A stretch of DNA of 60,616 nucleotides from an uncultured Dehalococcoidales bacterium (GCA_964354125.1 CAYGXW010000004.1:1-60616); one strand, 5' to 3'. Numbered from the stretch's first letter, positions 18,747-27,000 are shown. Notes: generated by a model not told the origin, from the letters alone. Translations and numbers: made by a program.

Positions 18747-19964
18747 TTGAGAAGTGACCTCGATAAACTAATGCATAGTGATAATCTAGACGCTATTGTT
18801 GCCTTTGGGTCAGCATCAGATCCAGCTTTCTCATACTTAACCTATGGCGCCGATATTAGTGATGCGATATTTATAAAGACTCGCGATGGTACGAACAATA
18901 TATGGTTATGGTCTATAGAAAGAGAGGGCGTTAAGAGCGCGGGTTTTAATGTCCATCTCTTCGATCGTGCTTTATATCAAAGAGTTTTTTCGAAAACAAA
19001 CAGCCACGAACTAGCCGAATTAGAGGTATATTTGAAAAGTCTTGATTTTCTCAGGGGTAGTAACAAACGGATTGCTATATATGGTCGTTTGGAGTTTTCG
19101 TTTAGTGGCTTATTAAGTAATGAATTACAGACAAGATACCCTGAGCTGGAAATTATAAATGATCAAACACCTACTTTGATAGACCGACTAAGATCTACAA
19201 AGAGCGACGAAGAACTGGCAAAGATGCTTGAAGTTGGTAAAAAAACAAGCAGAGCTATGGTAGAAACTCGTGATTTTATACGTTCACATAAAACCCGCGA
19301 GAACATCTTTATAAAACCTAATGGCTCACCGCTCACAGTAAGCGATGTAAAAAGATTTGCTCGTACTAAGCTTTTTGAGAATGACCTTGAAGACAGCGAT
19401 GGAATGATATTTGCTCCCGGTGAACAGGCTACCGTGCCTCATAATTCTGGGGAACCAGATACGCCAATTGCCTTAGGGGAGCCAATCATATTCGATTTGT
19501 TCCCCAAGGAAACTAAAGGCTACTACCACGATGCAACACGCACCTGGTGCTTCGGCCATGCGTCTGATGATATTCAAAGTCTTTACGATGATGTTATCGG
19601 TTGCTTTAATCTTATTAAGAACAATGCTGTTTCAGGAATACCATCAGGAAGTCTTCAAGAATTGGCATGCGATTATTTTCGAGAAAGAGGCCATCCTGTA
19701 GTTAAAGATAACCCAGAATTAATAGATGGTTATCCTCATTCATTGGGACATGGGGTAGGGCTTGAAGTACATGAACCACCATTTATTGGAATCGGCGATA
19801 CGAATATACTGTCTGCGGGCAATGTCTTTACTATAGAACCTGGTTTATATTATCCAAAAAGTGGACTTGCAGTAGGCATCGAGGACACTCTGTATATAAA
19901 TAGTGAAGGTAATAGCACAAGTATTACTGATGTTCCCTACGATCTAGTCATTCCAATTAAATAG
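18747..19964 (+). CDS. M24-family Xaa-Pro aminopeptidase (unit 1)
   Basis: PHN, DLFP...YYHDATRT, HSLGHGVGLEVHEPP, TIEPGLY and IED metal ligands. Confidence 0.92.
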   Translation: MRSDLDKLMHSDNLDAIVAFGSASDPAFSYLTYGADISDAIFIKTRDGTNNIWLWSIEREGVKSAGFNVHLFDRALYQRVFSKTNSHELAELEVYLKSLDFLRGSNKRIAIYGRLEFSFSGLLSNELQTRYPELEIINDQTPTLIDRLRSTKSDEELAKMLEVGKKTSRAMVETRDFIRSHKTRENIFIKPNGSPLTVSDVKRFARTKLFENDLEDSDGMIFAPGEQATVPHNSGEPDTPIALGEPIIFDLFPKETKGYYHDATRTWCFGHASDDIQSLYDDVIGCFNLIKNNAVSGIPSGSLQELACDYFRERGHPVVKDNPELIDGYPHSLGHGVGLEVHEPPFIGIGDTNILSAGNVFTIEPGLYYPKSGLAVGIEDTLYINSEGNSTSITDVPYDLVIPIK

Positions 19965-20087
19965 GCTGCTAATATTATCTTCCGTTCATCCTATTTTGCT
20001 TTTTATATAGACCAAGTGTTTTTAACATAAATTAAAAACACACGATTCGCGTTTGACTTTCTTTGCCTTTTCAATCCCGAGTCTGGA

Positions 20088-20133
20088 ACTCATAAGCCCT
20101 TGGTCGTTGGTTCAAATACAGCCGCTGCCACTT
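20088..20133 (+). repeat. tRNA 3'-half copy 1 (starts at the anticodon loop)
   Basis: ACTCATAAGCCCTTGGTCGTTGGTTCAAATACAGCCGCTGCCACTT, 3 mismatches against 18609-18654. Confidence 0.95.
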
Positions 20134-20262
20134 TTTTAATGTTCATACTGATTCTTGCAAGTTTAAGGCTCTAATTTTAACATGAGCATCATTTCTCTAT
20201 CTTGCTATTGACTTTACTATTTTATGAATACTATTATAACACCAATCAAGAACAGCTGAAGT

Positions 20263-21567
20263 TTGGAGGAAACCATGAAAATGCAGGTTAATAGGTTCCG
20301 TTCCAAATCCCTTTATACTGTATTAATAGTATCAGCTTTAATTTTATGTCTATTAGCAGTTACTAGCTGTAGCAGTGAAACTTTAACTCTAACTCAGACT
20401 CAAACAGTAACCTCTGCTTTAAATGAAAGAACTGACTGGCTGGCAGAGAGCACTGACATCTGTGTATTGTGTCATCGTATACAGACTCCAGGTATAGTAG
20501 AACAGTTTAGTTATAGTACGATGGCTGCTGCAGGAAATACATGCCGTGATTGCCACGAAGTTGATTCCGGATATCCTGAAGCCGAAGCTCATCAAGGAAC
20601 CTATAGAATAAGCCAACCTACCCCACTTATGTGTCAAGATTGCCATGAAACCGAAGTAAGCCAGTTTTACCAGAGTCGTCATTCTTTACCAGCTTATGTT
20701 GCTATGAAAGGAACACAAGATTTAACGTCAGAATATCTAACTATGTATGAAGCTATTCCTGAAGGTAGTTTTGCACCAGACAAAGCACGCAATGCTTTAT
20801 ATGTGCTTGAAGGTTCCGATATTACACGGTTTTCATGTGAGGTTTGCCATAACATTGGACAGCCGAACACCGATGGATCTGTCGGCAAGTGCCAGGATTG
20901 CCATCTGAGACATACTTTTAGCCTTGAGCAAGTTCGTAAACCTGAAACATGCAATGCCTGCCATATAGGACCCGACCATCCGCAGTGGGAAATATATCAG
21001 GAATCAGGGCATGGCATCGCCTATGCAACAGACGGTCACAATTGGAACTGGGATGCTGATTCAAATAGTCTATCAGTTAGTGATATACCAGCAGCTACCT
21101 GTGCTACCTGCCACCAGAGTGCCTTTGGGGGTGTTAGTGCCAGCCATGATATAGGCGAACGTCTGACCTGGTATTTATTTGCTTCTATTAGTGAAAGACG
21201 TCCGGATTGGCAGGAAAATCAAGCGCGTATGCAAAGTGTATGTCGACAATGTCATAACGATAATTTTATTGAGGAATTTTATGCTGATGCTGATAAAGCT
21301 ACAGAAGCAGTGAATGACTGGGTAGCAGAGAGTAATACAATTATAGCTGACCTAAAAGCCAGTGATTTATTAACAGAAGCAACCTTTGATGAGCCAATTG
21401 ATTTTGTTCATTTTGACTTATGGCACCATTGGGGTCGTACAACTAAATTCGGCGCCTGGATGCAAGGTCCAGACTATTCACAATGGCACGGTGCTTATGA
21501 GGTGTTACGTGATTTAACCGAATTACGAGAGATAGCTAATCAGAAGCTTAATGCTACTGGAGAATAA
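20263..21567 (+). CDS. Octaheme cytochrome c lipoprotein of the hydroxylamine oxidoreductase (HAO) family (unit 2)
   Basis: Eight CxxCH motifs; CHIGPDHPQWEIYQESGHG and MQGPDYSQWHG segments; lipobox-like LAVTSC. Confidence 0.85.
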   Translation: MEETMKMQVNRFRSKSLYTVLIVSALILCLLAVTSCSSETLTLTQTQTVTSALNERTDWLAESTDICVLCHRIQTPGIVEQFSYSTMAAAGNTCRDCHEVDSGYPEAEAHQGTYRISQPTPLMCQDCHETEVSQFYQSRHSLPAYVAMKGTQDLTSEYLTMYEAIPEGSFAPDKARNALYVLEGSDITRFSCEVCHNIGQPNTDGSVGKCQDCHLRHTFSLEQVRKPETCNACHIGPDHPQWEIYQESGHGIAYATDGHNWNWDADSNSLSVSDIPAATCATCHQSAFGGVSASHDIGERLTWYLFASISERRPDWQENQARMQSVCRQCHNDNFIEEFYADADKATEAVNDWVAESNTIIADLKASDLLTEATFDEPIDFVHFDLWHHWGRTTKFGAWMQGPDYSQWHGAYEVLRDLTELREIANQKLNATGE

Positions 21568-21589
21568 TCTAAAAATACGTAGTTCTAGA

Positions 21590-21626
21590 CCTTTGGTCGC
21601 TGGTTCAAATCCAGCCGCTGCCACTT
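21590..21626 (+). repeat. tRNA 3' copy 2 (variable loop onward, alternative T-stem)
   Basis: CCTTTGGTCGCTGGTTCAAATCCAGCCGCTGCCACTT. Confidence 0.93.
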
Positions 21627-21772
21627 TGTTATCTACTTTTTCGTGATTTTACTCCAGGATATTGCCTATATCAATGGCATAAAAAGAGTTGACAACGCAT
21701 ATATCGGGAAGTAGATTTACCATAGTTCTTTAAAACTGAATATTTGCATGGGTGGGTGGATGAGGCGAAACT

Positions 21773-22276
21773 ATGGATAACGGATTTTTAAATAAAGGAT
21801 GTTTATATCAAGCTGCCTTTGCTGTTGTTGTTGCGGTTTTAATTTGGTGGTTAATTTTTGGTATTAATGAATTGAGTACGTCGCCTTTCATATTAGCCTC
21901 AGCATTTATGCCATTAAGTAGTTTGATTGTATCTTTGTACAAACAGCGTATTGGCGGGCTATTAATCATACTTTCCGGGTTATTACCCATAATCATTTTA
22001 GCTAATATACCCAGCTTAAAATCGGACGATTTCTATGGCATTGGCATGATATTACTTATTATTTTTGTTACATTACCTCTCTGTGTAGCTGGTATTATGA
22101 TTTGCATTGCTCCCTCAAAGGAACCGCTGGAGCCTCTTAAAAGAGGTCGTAAATATATATTTGAAGGAGAGGGAATTAAGGGAAAGGTTGGTTGGTTTTG
22201 TGATGAATGCGATGCTGAAGTAGCCGAGACTGACAAAATTTGCCCTAAATGCGGAGTTGAGTTTGATGAAGAATAA
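21773..22276 (+). CDS. Membrane protein with C-terminal zinc ribbon (unit 3)
   Basis: Four TM segments then CDEC...CPKCG; own promoter TTGACA-17-TAGATT at 21689-21717. Confidence 0.78.
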   Translation: MDNGFLNKGCLYQAAFAVVVAVLIWWLIFGINELSTSPFILASAFMPLSSLIVSLYKQRIGGLLIILSGLLPIIILANIPSLKSDDFYGIGMILLIIFVTLPLCVAGIMICIAPSKEPLEPLKRGRKYIFEGEGIKGKVGWFCDECDAEVAETDKICPKCGVEFDEE

Positions 22277-22311
22277 AGACTATTACGGTCACATCTGAAC
22301 CCGAGGCTGGA

Positions 22312-22357
22312 ACTCATAAGCCCTTGGTCGTTGGTTCAAATCCAATCGCTGCCACTT
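22312..22357 (+). repeat. tRNA 3'-half copy 3 (46 bp identical to the tRNA)
   Basis: Exact match to 18609-18654. Confidence 0.97.
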
Positions 22358-22512
22358 TTTTATGGTTTTAAGGATTTTCTAAGTATTGCCACTAAAACAA
22401 GTTTCCTTCTTATTTATCAAAATTATCCCGAGCCTCGTATATTCTTCTGTGATATATTATACTATTCATTCAAATAGACTCTAAAACTTTAACCACCTCT
22501 TGTTGGGAGGAG

Positions 22513-23238
22513 ATGATGCTCAAGCGATTATTAAAGCAGGATTGGGAGGTAGTGGCAGTACTGCTGGCTGCCACGGCTGCATTAGTACTGCATTTTTTAC
22601 ATATCGCCGAAGAGGGTACCCTGCTGGCTATTGCCGTCGTACTGCTGGCTTTCCTGCTGATTCGGGATATGAAGCGGGAGAGTCAGGCAGGACATTTTTC
22701 TTCCATTGAAGACCTTATTGCAACTAATCTTGAAGACATAAAATCCTCTCTTACTCCTCCCGGTATCGAGCTAATAGGGCCTAGTGAATTACATGAAACC
22801 ACTTTGCGTTTTGCCAAGAAGGGTCGTGGAGAAGTAGTCTGTTTCAATATCTGCTTGCGTATGTACAAATCACAGCAGCCTTTTGATATTATGGTACGCC
22901 CGTTTATAGAAAATCCTGAAGTTACCTCGATACAGTTCGTTCTTGATTCAAAAGAAAGGGAACGCTGGAATAAAGATGTAATGCCCAAAGTAGTTGCCTG
23001 TGCCGGTAGCAAGAAAGTAAAGGAGCCGTACTGGTACGACCTGGAGGAAAATGTTTCTTTTATACTTGTCGAAACCGGTTCCTTCGGCAAGGCGGAGGCG
23101 CTGGTAAGCTTCTGGGGCGAGCCTTTTATGTCCAAGGCTTCTGGAATCAATGTTCCACGTTATATCCTCTATGTCAGAGAGAATTCGGAACTGATTAAAA
23201 GCCTTAAAGAGCGCGAGCGAATCTGTCGCTCTGCCTGA
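22513..23238 (+). CDS. Hypothetical protein with two N-terminal TM helices (unit 4)
   Basis: 241-aa ORF with GGAGG RBS; stops 6 bp before repeat 4. Confidence 0.78.
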   Translation: MMLKRLLKQDWEVVAVLLAATAALVLHFLHIAEEGTLLAIAVVLLAFLLIRDMKRESQAGHFSSIEDLIATNLEDIKSSLTPPGIELIGPSELHETTLRFAKKGRGEVVCFNICLRMYKSQQPFDIMVRPFIENPEVTSIQFVLDSKERERWNKDVMPKVVACAGSKKVKEPYWYDLEENVSFILVETGSFGKAEALVSFWGEPFMSKASGINVPRYILYVRENSELIKSLKERERICRSA

Positions 23239-23244
23239 TTGGAT

Positions 23245-23271
23245 CTGGTTCAAATCCAGCCGCTGCCACTT
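23245..23271 (+). repeat. tRNA 3' copy 4 (T arm onward)
   Basis: CTGGTTCAAATCCAGCCGCTGCCACTT, same allele as copy 2. Confidence 0.9.
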
Positions 23272-23344
23272 GTTGTTTGCTAATAGTAATGGCAGGTCAG
23301 TACTTTTGATTACTTGACAAATCTAAATAAAAATGGTGGAATAG

Positions 23345-23600
23345 TAATGGAGGCTGAGTTAATACCTCTAATATAAAAAGGAGGTGAAGGATGAAGCTTC
23401 ATAAAATCTACGGAGTATGGCAGGTAGACAGTTAATGCCCTGCCATATGGTGGGGCGAACGGAACTCAACTAGACTCGTTAGAGTAAGTTGGGAGTCGTT
23501 TCTAAAAGAAGACTTCATGTAGTGTATCCACTACGAGTGAGTTGAAGTTGAGGAGGAAAATCGCTGGAGGGCACTGAGATATGTGTCCTCCAGTTTTTTT
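23345..23600 (+). ncRNA. Candidate structured small RNA containing a 14-codon ORF (23391-23435)
   Basis: TTGACA at 23314, AAGGAGGTGA RBS, three consecutive hairpins and an intrinsic terminator. Confidence 0.4.
23564..23600 (+). terminator. Intrinsic terminator
   Basis: CTGGAGGGCAC-tgagatat-GTGTCCTCCAG followed by T7. Confidence 0.85.
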
Positions 23601-23716
23601 ATTTACATTTCATTCTGCTCCTAAAACAAGTCCCACATCCCTATTGACCTTCTCCCTATTCTCTAGTATCGTCTCGCAAACTCGAGAGAAGAAGGAGAGG
23701 TTCAATGGAGTATTAA

Positions 23717-23869
23717 CTACTCCTTTTTGAATTTTTCCACTTTTTCTTTAATACTGGTTAATAGAAAGATTATTCCAGCTAAGCATAACGGAAAACCAGC
23801 TAAGCATAACAGAAAAACACCAATCCCGATTGGTGAACCCCAACCCAGTACGAACATTAAATCATCCAT
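23717..23869 (-). CDS. 50-aa membrane peptide with a basic tail (not in the ORF track)
   Basis: AGGAGG RBS; MDDLMFVLGWGSPIGIGVFLLCLAGFPLCLAGIIFLLTSIKEKVEKFKKE; contains a 2 x 21 bp in-frame duplication (23775-23816). Confidence 0.7.
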   Translation of the reverse strand: MDDLMFVLGWGSPIGIGVFLLCLAGFPLCLAGIIFLLTSIKEKVEKFKKE

Positions 23870-23955
23870 TATGTCCTCCTTTCTAACCTAATCTTGAATA
23901 CTATCTGGCTAATATATTACCATACCTTAAGAGACAGATGGTATAATATTATTAA

Positions 23956-23992
23956 AAATCCACCCACTGCCACTTTTAATATTGGAAGTATT
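23956..23992 (+). repeat. Degenerate tRNA 3' copy 5 plus about 20 bp of tRNA-downstream flank
   Basis: AAATCCACCCACTGCCACTTTTAATATTGGAAGTATT versus AAATCCAATCGCTGCCACTTCTAATATTGGAGGTATT (18635-18671). Confidence 0.8.
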
Positions 23993-23996
23993 AAAT

Positions 23997-24512
23997 TTGA
24001 CTGCTGTTCTATCAAAAAATGATATCAAAGGATTGCTGGAGCAAGAACCGCCCCTCATAGAAGGCTTTGTTAACCTTGATGAACAGCTACAACCCAATGG
24101 CGTTGACCTTACCCTGCGTGAGATTGCCCTATTCCAGTCACCGGGCAAGTTAGCCACCGATAACAGTCAGCGGCTGGTATCTGATTTGTCTCCTCTGGTG
24201 TTTGATGGTCTGGGTTTCATCTATCTGGCGCCCGGGGTTTACAGTATCACCTATAACGAGATTGTCCATCTGCCGCGGAATATCATGGCATTAGCCACGC
24301 CCAGATCTAGCTTACTCCGCTGTGGCGTTACGGTGAATACTGCCGTCTGGGACGCCGGCTATACCGGGCGTTCTCAGTCCCTAATGGTTGTCTACAACCC
24401 CCAGGGGTTCCGGCTGCAGAGGAATGCCAGAATTGTACAGCTTGTTCTTCTCAGGCTGACAGAAGAGACGGAAGGCTATCAGGGAACCTATCAAGAAGAG
24501 AATATAGACTAA
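23997..24512 (+). CDS. Trimeric dUTPase / dCTP deaminase family protein (probable TTG start at 23997)
   Basis: QPNGVDLT, PRSSLLRCG and VWDAGYTGR motifs. Confidence 0.88.
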   Translation: MTAVLSKNDIKGLLEQEPPLIEGFVNLDEQLQPNGVDLTLREIALFQSPGKLATDNSQRLVSDLSPLVFDGLGFIYLAPGVYSITYNEIVHLPRNIMALATPRSSLLRCGVTVNTAVWDAGYTGRSQSLMVVYNPQGFRLQRNARIVQLVLLRLTEETEGYQGTYQEENID

Positions 24513-24515
24513 AGC

Positions 24516-25430
24516 CTAGACGGCAATGCTCAAGGCAGATGGCATCAGCCCGAAGGCAACAGGACCCTCACCCAGGAACTCGCCATCAGCCTGAACCAAG
24601 AACTTCTCATCGGAGTCTATACTAACCTGCGTCGCCTTTTCGGTGCTGACCTTGGGGTGGTGAATGTGAGTTCCCTTGTATATCGTTGGGAACGCCCTCA
24701 ACAGCTCAATTTTACCCATATCACCAACAGATATGACATCCAGCAGACCGTCAGCAATATCGGCATGTGGCGCTACACGCATACCACCGCCGAAGTAACA
24801 GCCATTAGCCACTACGACGCTTAAAACACGCTTAGCTTCTACCCTATCGCCCACCTTCATAATAACTGATTTATTCTTATAGCCAACCAGAGACCTAAGC
24901 AAGCCTAAAATGTAGGGTATGGTGCCCCCCAGGAACTTGGGCAGGTGGTTGGAAGCTTCGGTGGCGGCGGCATCAAAGCCAACACCGGCAGAATTTACAA
25001 AGAAGCGTTTAAGGGTCTGCCCATCCCTCTGGTATTCAACAACACCGACATCAATCAATCGCCTTCGTGTACTGGTAAGTGAAGAGCAAGCCTTGATATA
25101 ATCCCGGTCAATACCCGCCGAACGGATAAAATCACCACCGGTCCCGGTGCTGATGATGCCGATGCTTGCTCTGCTTAAATCTTTTGATAAGAGTATGCCA
25201 TTGGCTACCTCGTTCACCGTGCCATCACCGCCAACAGCCACTAAAAACTGGCAACCATCACTAGCCGCCGCTCGTGCCAGCTCTATGGCATGACCAACGC
25301 CCTCGGTATATTGGAATTCAAACGGCAGACCAATATGGTGCAATAAACTACTGATACGAGGCCACTTGCGATAGGTAGAACTAGCCCCGGCTACAGGATT
25401 GACAATCACTTTAGCCTGCGGTATGGACAT
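24516..25430 (-). CDS. Diacylglycerol kinase family lipid kinase
   Basis: IVNPVAG, GGDGTVNEVANG, GVGFDA and YFGGGM motifs. Confidence 0.92.
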   Translation of the reverse strand: MSIPQAKVIVNPVAGASSTYRKWPRISSLLHHIGLPFEFQYTEGVGHAIELARAAASDGCQFLVAVGGDGTVNEVANGILLSKDLSRASIGIISTGTGGDFIRSAGIDRDYIKACSSLTSTRRRLIDVGVVEYQRDGQTLKRFFVNSAGVGFDAAATEASNHLPKFLGGTIPYILGLLRSLVGYKNKSVIMKVGDRVEAKRVLSVVVANGCYFGGGMRVAPHADIADGLLDVISVGDMGKIELLRAFPTIYKGTHIHHPKVSTEKATQVSIDSDEKFLVQADGEFLGEGPVAFGLMPSALSIAV

Positions 25431-25478
25431 TTATTTAAATCGCTTAAAATTCTCCTTCTTGAAGAAGGTACCGTTTGG

Positions 25479-26279
25479 TTAAGCTAACTGCCTCCGGCCA
25501 CTTATCCAGATACTTAAAACAAAACCTGCCACCAGATAGATTGTCATTCCCCAGGCCGCCATACCAATAGTCAGCGGTTCAAAATTCTCCAACATGGCTG
25601 AAAAGCCGCCCATGCCGAAGCTTGCCATGAATGATTCAAGACTGCCGTAAGCTAGGGCAATGCTATCGCTTCCAGCCGAGATAAGAAACCAGTAAGGATT
25701 GCCGGTGAAGGCGAGGACGCTCTCAATAATACCGGAAAGCATCCAAACAAAGAGTAGTGTCATTACCGTAGCTCCCATAGCTCCTTTTGATACCGCGCTG
25801 AAGAAAAATGTTATTGAGAGAACGGCGGCGGCAAAAAGCAGGCATAGTCCGAATGATGTAAGTGTCTCAATAGGCACCTCATGATAAATTACTAGAAGTG
25901 AAATAGCGATAATGATATAAGTAAAAACAATTAGTAGCGTTATGGCGATAAAGCATGCCAGATATTTCCCTATTACCAGTGTGATTCGCCTGACGGGATT
26001 GGTGAAAAGAATATAGCCGGTTTTACCTTCAAACTCCCCGGCGATAGCGTCCCCGGCAAAGAAGACAGCACCAATTGCCGCTAGGGACGGACCAATGGTG
26101 AGCATAGCCGCCATTAACTTCACATTTTCCGGGTAGCCGTCAAGAAGTGCTGGAATCAGGACGAGTACCACCAGCTCGGTAAGCAGGGCTATGCCCAGTA
26201 TTACATAAAGACGCCGGCGGCGTATATGCTTCAGGAACTCATACCCAGTAACTATTTTAAGTTTTTCTAATTCACTCAA
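25479..26279 (-). CDS. ABC-2 type transporter permease
   Basis: Six TM segments, IAGEFEGKT...LFTNPVRR...GKY motif; coupled to the ATPase gene. Confidence 0.88.
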   Translation of the reverse strand: MSELEKLKIVTGYEFLKHIRRRRLYVILGIALLTELVVLVLIPALLDGYPENVKLMAAMLTIGPSLAAIGAVFFAGDAIAGEFEGKTGYILFTNPVRRITLVIGKYLACFIAITLLIVFTYIIIAISLLVIYHEVPIETLTSFGLCLLFAAAVLSITFFFSAVSKGAMGATVMTLLFVWMLSGIIESVLAFTGNPYWFLISAGSDSIALAYGSLESFMASFGMGGFSAMLENFEPLTIGMAAWGMTIYLVAGFVLSIWISGRRQLA

Positions 26280-27000
26280 CAGATGAACCTCCTATTAATT
26301 CAAGGTAGGCACGCTCAAGCGACTGGTATTTTTTCTCCAGCTCGGCAATGCTATCATAAGCCAGCAATTTCCCGTGGTCTATGATAGCTACCTCGCTACA
26401 TATCTGGGAGACCTCAACCAGCTGGTGCGAGGCAAATAGGACTGCTTTTTTCTTCCCCATGCCGGTAATAATCTCACGAAACTCAACCATACCCTTGGGG
26501 TCAAGCCCCAGCCCTGGCTCATCCAGAATAAGAATCGGTGGGTCATGTAGCAGAGCTTGCGCCACCGCCAGACGCTGTTTCATCCCTCGGGAGAACTTCT
26601 CTATTTTAACATTAAGCCATTCATCAAGCCGGACAAGATGAATTACCTCTTTTATCCTATTCCTTAACCCATCCCCCCCCATCCCCCGAAGCCTACCCAG
26701 ATAGTTAAGCGTCTCCTTTGGCGTCAGGAACGAGTAAAACTCCGGTGTCTCCACAATGGCACCAATTCTGGAAAGGGCTTGCTCTGGTTCTCCGGCTACA
26801 TTAATGCCATCAATATAAGCGGCACCAGAGGAGGAGCGGATAAGACCACAGAGAATCTTGAGGGTGGTGCTTTTACCAGCGCCATTGGGACCAAGTAAGC
26901 CAACACTCTTGTTCTCGGTTACTTTCAGGCATAGATTATCCAGGGCGAGGAACTTGTTGTAATACTTGCTCAGGTTTTCAATTACGATAGGTTCTTTCAT
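26272..27000 (-). CDS. ABC transporter ATP-binding protein
   Basis: GPNGAGKST, FSRGMKQR and LILDEP motifs. Confidence 0.95.
   Translation of the reverse strand: MKEPIVIENLSKYYNKFLALDNLCLKVTENKSVGLLGPNGAGKSTTLKILCGLIRSSSGAAYIDGINVAGEPEQALSRIGAIVETPEFYSFLTPKETLNYLGRLRGMGGDGLRNRIKEVIHLVRLDEWLNVKIEKFSRGMKQRLAVAQALLHDPPILILDEPGLGLDPKGMVEFREIITGMGKKKAVLFASHQLVEVSQICSEVAIIDHGKLLAYDSIAELEKKYQSLERAYLELIGGSSVE

Larger units (their letters stand above)
18609..23992 (+). mobile_element. tRNA-anchored array of five small units, each closed by a copy of the tRNA 3' end; no integrase in the window
   Basis: tRNA 3' fragments at 20088, 21590, 22312, 23245 and 23956; AT-richer cargo between them. Confidence 0.8.

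Noticed and set aside
20088-22357. Additional intact tRNA genes at repeat copies 1 and 3
   Set aside because: Both lack the 5' acceptor strand and D arm; only the 3' half is present
18609-23992. CRISPR array interpretation of the recurring 27-46 bp repeat
   Set aside because: The repeats are tRNA 3' ends, the intervals are 0.7-1.5 kb and contain genes, and there are no cas genes
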